In this document: positions 28,642 through 36,475 of the stretch, piece after piece
Layout of the letters: every line of letters starts with the position of its first letter
How positions within the stretch are numbered: position 1 is the first letter of the stretch
Source of the DNA: Chitinophagaceae bacterium
GTDB taxonomy: Bacteria > Bacteroidota > Bacteroidia > Chitinophagales > Chitinophagaceae
Direction of reading: 5' to 3'
NCBI GenBank assembly: GCA_043759175.1
Contig: JAYVLZ010000322.1
Location: 1 to 38,392, forward strand
Length of the DNA: 38,392 bases
Notes under the pieces: generated by a model
What the model saw: only the letters and a program-made list of their open reading frames with translations
The model's database searches: none
What the model was told of the DNA's origin: nothing
Position numbers and translations under genes: made by a program

Positions 28642-31041
28642 TTATAATTTTTTAGTATTTTTTAAAAGTGTATCCATATATTTTGACTGATACTGCATCC
28701 ATGACTGCAGGTTCATTTTCGCCTCTTTTATATATTCAATTTTTTGGTCCGCAATATTTTTTGATTCCAATGGATCTTTTTTCAGATCGTACAACGCAAA
28801 GCTATTGTCTGTTGCATTAAAAATAAATTTATAATTATCTTCCCTGAACCCAAATAAATAATCAGAATAAGGAGAGAAATAGTAAACTCTTTTCCGCCTG
28901 TTTTCACTAAATAAATTCTCACCCTGCCAAACAGCCGGAGCAGGTTTATTTAATACGGACAATATACTTGGCGCTACATCGCTGATGCCCCCTGTTACAT
29001 TGATCTGTTCACCGTTAAAGAGCCCTGGATTGATAAATAGTAAAGGTATGTGGAGGTTCTCTTCATATATTCCGGCTGCGTGGGTTGTTTGATCATGGCG
29101 TCCAAATGCTTCCCCATGATCCCCCATCACCACAATAAGTGTGGACGCTGAAAGGTTTTCCTTTTTTAACCGTTCTGTAATTTGCCTGATGGTTTCATCA
29201 GCCTGGTGCAGCGCATTCAGATATTTTTCTAATGAATGATTACCGGTTCCGTAATTGATATTCCTGCCGGCAGGATAGTAAGGATAATGAGTTTGAAATG
29301 TCCACAACATTGAAAAAAAAGGCTTCGTGGTATCCTGTTTCAGCCAGTTAAATAAATTTACGGATAAACAGGAGTCATTAACACCTTCCAGGTTTTCGTC
29401 AGCATAACGCTTATCTGTAAATACAGCTGCATCACAGGAGTTATCCCTGTAATCCCGGATCAAATCAAACCCCCGGTATTTTAGAAAGCCCTCAGCATTT
29501 TGATAGCGGTTGTCGCCGGAATTAAAAAAAGCAGTTCTGTAGCCATATTTTTTTAATTCCGAGACAACAGAAGGCAACTCAACATCAGGATTTTCACGTG
29601 TGATGGACTTATAGGATAGCTGTGGATAGGTAGCACATAAAAAAGAAACCAGCGATTTATTAGTGGCGGGCACATGTGCATAAACAGCATTAAATTGAAC
29701 AGCCATGTTTTTAATGGAATCCAAAAAAGGAGTTGCCCTGATATTACTGTTATAAGAAGTAATGTATTCTGCTGGTGTAGATTCCAGCACCACCACCAAT
29801 ACATTTTTCACTTTCGATTGCCTGAACAACTGGCTGTACTTTGCTATTGCACTATCATTATTTTTAACATTGAACTCACTCCTTTTGCCATGGCTATTGC
29901 CGGAGAAAATAGAAAAACTTTCCGTTCCATTGAGGGATTTGACAAAATAAAAAACAGGGTTTACAGTTTGAAATGTTAGTGCTGCCGGTTGCTTTTTTGA
30001 AAAATAACCCGCCGCTATACATAAAGCCAGTATTGCTGGAATCAGCAGCGGCTTTTTTATATATGCCCTGTAAACGATCCAGCAGAAAGGTATTGCAGCT
30101 AACAGGATCAATATTGAATGTTTAATAAAATCAATTTGAATATTTGCACCCACAGATTTTGAAGCATCTGTACTCTTGAGAAAATCTGAATAATAAAGCC
30201 ATTGAAAATTAAACGGCTTTCCCAACACCTGGATAAGTTTAGAATTAATAAGCGCTATCACCAGCGATATAAAAATAAAAAAAACATAGGTGCTCAAAAT
30301 ATACTTCCGTGCTTTTTCCCTGGTAAAAAATAATATTGCAAAAATGATAATCAGCAACCCTGCATATAAAAAATCCTGTAAAAATGTTTTAAGCAGCAAT
30401 GGAAAAACAGATGGCCTTATTAAAAATTGCAACAGCAACTTTGTAATATATGCCCGTATTAAAAATAAGAAACACAGCAATGTAACGGAGGCGGATACAA
30501 AAAATGCTTTTTGGTTAACAGGCTCTGAAGGCAGTTTTAAATAATATTTCCTGTAAAAAAATAATAATAAAGCTGTAAAGGCAAATGCTATAAAAATAAA
30601 ACCTGCGTATTCTGGTCTGGATAAATCTTTTTGTGGAGATAAATAATTATTATCCTGTTTAATCTTTATCAGCCGGCTGCTATCAGAACTTGTATGAAAA
30701 AACTTTTGCCCCGGCTGATTATTATATCCATAGTATTCCACCTTTAATCCTAATGGCCCCTCATTTCTTGTAAAATTGAAAAAATAATCAATAACATTCC
30801 CCGGGGGGAGGGTGATCTTGAGGATAAATTCATCATTCTCTTTCAGCATAGGTGTACGCATCACCTTGTTGCTCCTCACAGTACCCGGTGGCCCTTGCTC
30901 TACCGGGTTCCAGTCATTAACGCCCCATACAAAGTATACTTCTTTTACACCCTGCAAATGATACCTGATTTCTACTTCACCTGCTCTCAAATAAAGAGAA
31001 GATAATATAGCAAGCAATAAAACAAGAATAAATTTTGGCAT
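28642..31041 (-). CDS. LTA synthase/MdoB-like membrane transferase (alkaline phosphatase superfamily) with an N-terminal CBM-like domain
   Basis: Signal peptide, a beta-rich domain (EVYFVWGVNDWNP), several TM helices, then NVLVVVLES, PATNKS (Thr nucleophile position), QTHYPY, MGDHGE and LHIPL. No CxPxR sulfatase motif. Confidence 0.8.
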   Translation of the reverse strand: MPKFILVLLLAILSSLYLRAGEVEIRYHLQGVKEVYFVWGVNDWNPVEQGPPGTVRSNKVMRTPMLKENDEFILKITLPPGNVIDYFFNFTRNEGPLGLKVEYYGYNNQPGQKFFHTSSDSSRLIKIKQDNNYLSPQKDLSRPEYAGFIFIAFAFTALLLFFYRKYYLKLPSEPVNQKAFFVSASVTLLCFLFLIRAYITKLLLQFLIRPSVFPLLLKTFLQDFLYAGLLIIIFAILFFTREKARKYILSTYVFFIFISLVIALINSKLIQVLGKPFNFQWLYYSDFLKSTDASKSVGANIQIDFIKHSILILLAAIPFCWIVYRAYIKKPLLIPAILALCIAAGYFSKKQPAALTFQTVNPVFYFVKSLNGTESFSIFSGNSHGKRSEFNVKNNDSAIAKYSQLFRQSKVKNVLVVVLESTPAEYITSYNSNIRATPFLDSIKNMAVQFNAVYAHVPATNKSLVSFLCATYPQLSYKSITRENPDVELPSVVSELKKYGYRTAFFNSGDNRYQNAEGFLKYRGFDLIRDYRDNSCDAAVFTDKRYADENLEGVNDSCLSVNLFNWLKQDTTKPFFSMLWTFQTHYPYYPAGRNINYGTGNHSLEKYLNALHQADETIRQITERLKKENLSASTLIVVMGDHGEAFGRHDQTTHAAGIYEENLHIPLLFINPGLFNGEQINVTGGISDVAPSILSVLNKPAPAVWQGENLFSENRRKRVYYFSPYSDYLFGFREDNYKFIFNATDNSFALYDLKKDPLESKNIADQKIEYIKEAKMNLQSWMQYQSKYMDTLLKNTKKL

Positions 31042-31250
31042 GAATAACTATTTACTTAAAAAACTATTGTTTTTAAATACATTTAATTATATGACTTAGA
31101 AAAAACATAACGAATTTTTTTGCATGAACTATATAAAAGCCAGATAATTATTACAATAGCATCCTTACTTGATAAAAAACTTCTTATTAAATACTTTTAA
31201 AATTTGAAGAGCGTTAATCATTTATTTTTTGTGATATTCGCAAAAAATAA

Positions 31251-32657
31251 ATGTTTAATAACATTGTAAACATAGCAATGATTTTTTTTCAGAGGAAAAT
31301 ATTTTTTTTGAATTTAACCAGGTTATACCTGTTGGTTAAATATTCAGGTATGCAGGCAGGATTGTTAAGTTGTATATTGATAGTATTTTCCTGCAATAAC
31401 AACGAATCAACGGCAACACAGGCAGACAAAAAAAAAGAGGTTGAAATTAAAAAAGAAAATGGAGTTTACAGATTTTTTAAAAATGGCGCTCCTTTGTTAA
31501 TTAAAGGAGCTGTAGGACATACAAATGTGGCAGACCTGGTTGCTTGTGGTGGTAATACTCTTAGTGTGTGGGATACATCCATTGTGGAAAAAATATTGGA
31601 TGAAGCGCTGAAGTACAAAGTGAATGTAATAGTGGGGCTGGATATACCAAGCGGTGATCTTGTGGAATTTTATAAAGATGAAAAAAAAGTTACTGAGCTT
31701 TTTAATGCACATAAATCAACCGTTGAACGTTTTAAAAACCATCCTGCATTATTAGCATGGGGGCTTGGAAATGAACTGGTGATGCCATTTACTTCTAATT
31801 CATCAGCATTTTACAAAACTTGCAATAAGTTGCTTAAAATGATGCATACCGAAGATCCTGATCACCCGGTAACCACTACCATTATTAATTTACAAAAGGG
31901 AAGTATTATAAATATCAACTGGAAGATCCGTGATTTGGACTTTATATCCATTAATACTTACAATAAGCTAAAAGATATTAAACAAAAACTAAAAAAATTG
32001 AGCCTGGTATGGAACGGGCCGTATTTGATATCTGAATGGTCGCCCAATGGGGGCTGGGAATCTGAAACCACCGTATGGCAAGCCCCCATAGAAAATACAA
32101 GTACAAAGAAAGCCGAACAATATTATAAATTTTATGCGGAATATATGCCAAAAGATGATCCCCGCTTTTTGGGATCTCTGGCATTTTATTGGGGCAACCG
32201 CCAGGAATATACACATACGTGGTACAGTGTTTTCAATGAAGATGGCTCCCCTACAGAAATAAAAGAGGCATTGAGAGATGGCTGGAAAGATACACTTACC
32301 CAGCACCAGTCCGTAAAAATAAAATATATGCTCATCGACAATCACGGAGCAAGAGATAATATAATTTTAAGCCCTGGCTCTAAACATGATATCAGTTTAT
32401 TATTAGCAGATGACCAAAAATCAGACAGTTTGCATTATTCATGGCAATTACTAAAAGAAGACTGGCTTTACTGGGGCCGTACCTGGAATAATTTTAAAAA
32501 GCCTCCTGCATTGGGTGGTCTTATTTCAGACAGTGCATTACAAAACACAAAATTTATATGCCCTTCTAAAGAAGGACCATACAGAATATTTATAACCGTT
32601 TATAATTCAAAAGGATTTTGTGCTACGGCCAATACGCCTTTTTATGTAGTAAAATAA
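31251..32657 (+). CDS. Clan GH-A glycoside hydrolase lipoprotein (GH2-TIM/GH158-like)
   Basis: Lipobox-like IVFSC; acid/base HPALLAWGLGNEL; nucleophile YLISEW; C-terminal Ig-like PSKEGPYRIF. The true start may be downstream (31278 or 31350). Confidence 0.72.
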   Translation: MFNNIVNIAMIFFQRKIFFLNLTRLYLLVKYSGMQAGLLSCILIVFSCNNNESTATQADKKKEVEIKKENGVYRFFKNGAPLLIKGAVGHTNVADLVACGGNTLSVWDTSIVEKILDEALKYKVNVIVGLDIPSGDLVEFYKDEKKVTELFNAHKSTVERFKNHPALLAWGLGNELVMPFTSNSSAFYKTCNKLLKMMHTEDPDHPVTTTIINLQKGSIININWKIRDLDFISINTYNKLKDIKQKLKKLSLVWNGPYLISEWSPNGGWESETTVWQAPIENTSTKKAEQYYKFYAEYMPKDDPRFLGSLAFYWGNRQEYTHTWYSVFNEDGSPTEIKEALRDGWKDTLTQHQSVKIKYMLIDNHGARDNIILSPGSKHDISLLLADDQKSDSLHYSWQLLKEDWLYWGRTWNNFKKPPALGGLISDSALQNTKFICPSKEGPYRIFITVYNSKGFCATANTPFYVVK

Positions 32658-35600
32658 TGATCTTTAAACCATCCATAATAGCTGCTCCCACGCCAAAAGA
32701 AAAGTTAGCACTGAGGATAATGATTTTTATAGGCCTCTTTACGCTTTCATTCTTTTTGTATACCCTTTTTAAAAAAGGAAATATTGGATACCGTCCGTTG
32801 TATGTATTGTTAATGATTACACTTATTTATTACTGCTTGAAATATTTGCATGAATGGTATCATTATTTTTCTATTGCGGCTGATAAAAAACCAGTTCGTA
32901 CAAGGATGTATACAGTAGATGTACTAACCACTTACTGTGCCGGCGAACCTTTTGATATGCTGGAAGAAACGCTTACTGCCATTCAAAAAATTACTTACCC
33001 ACATACCACCTGGTGCTGCGATGAAGCTGATGACCCTGCAGTAAAAGCATTGTGTAACAGCCTTGGCGTAAAGCATGTAACCAGGGCAGTGAAAAAAAAT
33101 GCAAAAGCTGGTAATATCAATAATGCACTGCAATATGCCACAGGAGAATTAACGGTGGTGATGGATCCGGATCACATACCATGTCCTGAATTCCTGGATA
33201 ATGTTGTGGACTATTTTGATGATCCTTCTATTGGATTTGTACAGATTGTTCAGGCATATTACAATCAACAGGAAAGCCTGGTGGCAAAAGGTGCGGCGCA
33301 GCAAACTTACCAGTTTTATGGCCCCATGATGATGTGTATGCACAGCTATGGTACTGTGCAGGCCATTGGCGCCAATTGTACTTTCAGAAGAACAGCGCTT
33401 GATTCTATCGGCGGGCATGCAGCAGGGCTTTCAGAAGATATGCATACTGCTATGCAGATACATGCAAAGGGGTGGAAATCTATTTATGTGCCCACCATTC
33501 TTACCCGTGGATTAGTACCTGCTACTTTATCATCTTATTACAAACAACAACTCAAATGGTCCCGTGGCACATGGGATTTATTGGCAACTACCTACCCCAA
33601 ATTATTTACCAAATTTACCTGGAGGCAAAAGCTGCATTACCTTACGCTGCCATTTCACTACTTATGCGGCATTATATTTTTCATCAATTTTCTCATTCCT
33701 GTTATTTCATTGTTTACAGGATACATACCCCTGAAGATGGATATTTTGAGTTTTGCCCTGGCTGCATTTCCATTATTGGCCATGACGGTTTTAATAAGGC
33801 ACTATGTACAAAAGTGGGTAGCTGAAGAAACAGAACGTGGATTTCATATTGTAGGCGGTATATTGCAAATTGGTGCATGGTGGGTACACTCCATTGGTTT
33901 TATTTATACCCTGTTACGTAAAAAAGTACCCTATATACCCACCCCAAAAAATGATTCCGGGTCATTACCGCTGGCATTAAACATACCCAACATTTTTATA
34001 GCAGTGGTTTCTATTGCAGCTATTTATTATGGCTTTACTTATAACTACAATCCATACACTTTTTTTATGGCAGTGCTTGCATCCATGCAGGTATTTTTTA
34101 TGGCGTTTATATTTTCCATTTCCGGGTATACCAAAAAGGACAGTAAGGTGGTAACTTTGGCAAATAAAATCAGGGGAAACACCTGGCTTATTGTACAAAC
34201 ACATGGCTTCTTAAGAAAATACTCTGTTATTTTATCCTTTTTAGTAGTTAGTATTTTTATTTTTAGCTACAGAAAAATGCAGGAGTTACCCACCTTTTTA
34301 CCAAAACCATTACCAGAGCTACAACTATTTTATAAAGGCATTTATCAGCCCGCTATGGATAACGGATTAACAGCCGTGAGTAATGTGTTTGGTGCTAACC
34401 CCAATAATAATAATATTTCAATTGTATCATTTTATATTTCTAATGGCAATAATCCAGTTATTAAACTGCCTGCAGACAGTTTTGAAATTGTTTATAAAAA
34501 CAATGCGATCCCATTGATTAACTGGCAGCCATTTGGCAATGATTCCAATTTTAATAAACCATTTGATAATAAAATCTCAGCGCAAATTGTGGCGGGGCGA
34601 TATGATCAATTGATTAAATCTTTTGCCGGCCAGCTTGCATTACAAAACAAGCCTGTTTTTTTAAGCCCCTCCTTTGAAACCGGCAATAGTAAAATAAATA
34701 GTGTTTCCACCAACAATATTCAGCCATCCGGTTTTATTGCAGCCTGGCAGCATATTCATGACCTGTTCGATTCTGCAGGAGCCGGTAAAGTAGTTTGGGT
34801 TTGGCATCCGTTAAATGCCGGTGCTGCATCTGAATACTTTCCGGGTAATAAATATGCAGACTGGATTGGTGTAAGCATCCTGGATGTTAATCAACCAAAC
34901 AGCGATTTGAATAACACCAGCTTTAGTTCGCTTTACCAGCCTTACCACCAGCTAGCTATTTTTCAGTCGGGAATACCTGTAATGATAACAGCTGCAGGAA
35001 CCTTATCGCAAGACAAAAACTTATGGTGGCAACAGACCCAGAACAGCATTGACTCTGTTTTTAAAGAAATAAAATCAGTAATTGTTTATAATGACTACCC
35101 GGCAAAAGCCAGGGATAAAAATTATTTTACAGCGGGAGATACCAAAAATTTATTTCAAACATTTCCTGTCAGCAATTTTGCAAAAGCCATAGAGGGCAGC
35201 GCTTTACCATTAGTATCCATTACCGCAAATAAATATCATTTGCCCGATACGATGAAAGCAATAATATACGACAAAGGATATTACTGGTTCAGGAACAGGC
35301 ATACCATGACAAAGAAAACATTGGAATTGGATATTGCTGCCATTAAAAAACTTGGAGTGAATACGATGGAAAGAACAATGCCGGGGTTTTATGATGATAT
35401 CCTGAATAACATCCTGGAAAAGAATAATATTAAACTGATTGCCCGTTTGTCAATAGCGATAAGCCCGGAAATGATTGAAGATGAGAAAAAGGCAAATGAA
35501 GAAAAAGAAAGAATACTGAATATTATAAAAAACAACAGGAACAAAAAAAATATTGTTGCATGGAATCTTGGTGATGATATATTGTTCAACCTGGATAACC

Positions 35601-36355
35601 AAACCTTTAGTCCGGGCTATTTTTATTTCAGAAATAAATATGTATCATGGTTATCTTCCCTCTGCAAAGAAATTCGTTTATTAGACACCGTAAGGCCCGT
35701 AGTAATAGACCTTAACTGGGACGCTAAAGGAGAAGAAAGATTTATTTTTTACAAAAAATATGTTCCACAAATCAACACATACATGCTGGAGGCAACCACT
35801 AAATACAAAGCCGGCTTCAGCATACCTTTAAAGGAAGATATGAGATGGGGCAAAGTACCGGTAGATTTATGGCCGCTTATACCAGCAATAAAAAAATCAG
35901 GTATTATACCGGCATGGCAGGATATTGAGAACACTGATTATATTACACTAAATGGTTTACTGGATCTGGATGGGCGTAAGAAAGAATTGTATGGAATAGT
36001 TGCAAATACCTGGAGCAATATAAATATGGACGAATCTCCTGTGCCGGATATTAAGATTTTAAAACCTTTAAAAACCACCAGGGAAAAACAAACACTTACT
36101 TACAATGTGATGGTAAGAAGAGATACAACACAATGGAGACTTTACGATGACAAATATAAACATATCAGCTTTGAATGGTATTTAGTAAGGGTGGATCAAT
36201 ATGGCATTACCATGTTTATTAAAAAAGTGGGAGAAGGTCCTTCCATTTCCTTACCAATACCCAATGGGCCACAGTATTATGAACTGTATGTTGAAGCAGT
36301 TATAGGCAACGATGTAAAAATGAGAAAGTCCACTTTAAACACACCGCTGGAATAA
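32657..36355 (+). CDS. Processive GT2 glycosyltransferase (cellulose synthase-like) fused to a GH26-like domain and a second GH-A-like domain
   Basis: CDEADD, KAGN, DPD, FVQ, SED, QQLKW and a YIPTPK gating-loop-like motif; TM helices; then PLINWQP, GRYD, WVWHP, YFPGNKYADW; then AWNLGDD. The start ATG at 32657 overlaps the upstream stop (TAATG). Confidence 0.88.
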   Translation: MIFKPSIIAAPTPKEKLALRIMIFIGLFTLSFFLYTLFKKGNIGYRPLYVLLMITLIYYCLKYLHEWYHYFSIAADKKPVRTRMYTVDVLTTYCAGEPFDMLEETLTAIQKITYPHTTWCCDEADDPAVKALCNSLGVKHVTRAVKKNAKAGNINNALQYATGELTVVMDPDHIPCPEFLDNVVDYFDDPSIGFVQIVQAYYNQQESLVAKGAAQQTYQFYGPMMMCMHSYGTVQAIGANCTFRRTALDSIGGHAAGLSEDMHTAMQIHAKGWKSIYVPTILTRGLVPATLSSYYKQQLKWSRGTWDLLATTYPKLFTKFTWRQKLHYLTLPFHYLCGIIFFINFLIPVISLFTGYIPLKMDILSFALAAFPLLAMTVLIRHYVQKWVAEETERGFHIVGGILQIGAWWVHSIGFIYTLLRKKVPYIPTPKNDSGSLPLALNIPNIFIAVVSIAAIYYGFTYNYNPYTFFMAVLASMQVFFMAFIFSISGYTKKDSKVVTLANKIRGNTWLIVQTHGFLRKYSVILSFLVVSIFIFSYRKMQELPTFLPKPLPELQLFYKGIYQPAMDNGLTAVSNVFGANPNNNNISIVSFYISNGNNPVIKLPADSFEIVYKNNAIPLINWQPFGNDSNFNKPFDNKISAQIVAGRYDQLIKSFAGQLALQNKPVFLSPSFETGNSKINSVSTNNIQPSGFIAAWQHIHDLFDSAGAGKVVWVWHPLNAGAASEYFPGNKYADWIGVSILDVNQPNSDLNNTSFSSLYQPYHQLAIFQSGIPVMITAAGTLSQDKNLWWQQTQNSIDSVFKEIKSVIVYNDYPAKARDKNYFTAGDTKNLFQTFPVSNFAKAIEGSALPLVSITANKYHLPDTMKAIIYDKGYYWFRNRHTMTKKTLELDIAAIKKLGVNTMERTMPGFYDDILNNILEKNNIKLIARLSIAISPEMIEDEKKANEEKERILNIIKNNRNKKNIVAWNLGDDILFNLDNQTFSPGYFYFRNKYVSWLSSLCKEIRLLDTVRPVVIDLNWDAKGEERFIFYKKYVPQINTYMLEATTKYKAGFSIPLKEDMRWGKVPVDLWPLIPAIKKSGIIPAWQDIENTDYITLNGLLDLDGRKKELYGIVANTWSNINMDESPVPDIKILKPLKTTREKQTLTYNVMVRRDTTQWRLYDDKYKHISFEWYLVRVDQYGITMFIKKVGEGPSISLPIPNGPQYYELYVEAVIGNDVKMRKSTLNTPLE

Positions 36356-36475
36356 TTATAGAAAACAATTTGTTCAAGTTGTAAGAAATATAATACCTGA
36401 AGCTTTCTAAAAATAAATTTGCCTGCTGCACACAAATGCAGGAAATAATTTTACTACCCAATAAATATTGAAAAA

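Noticed and set aside
28642-31041. Formylglycine-dependent sulfatase
   Set aside because: It lacks C/S-x-P-x-R and has the LtaS-type Glu-Ser and Thr arrangement.
32618-32656. ORF-track N-terminal extension of the GT2; similarly 9948-9995 and 19015-19023
   Set aside because: Better starts exist: the ATG at 32657 coupled to the upstream stop, the ATG at 9947 beside the kinase motif, and the ATG at 19014 matching the paralogs.
32657-36355. Naming the GT2 bcsA
   Set aside because: There is no PilZ domain and no bcsB, bcsC or bcsZ; the product is unknown.
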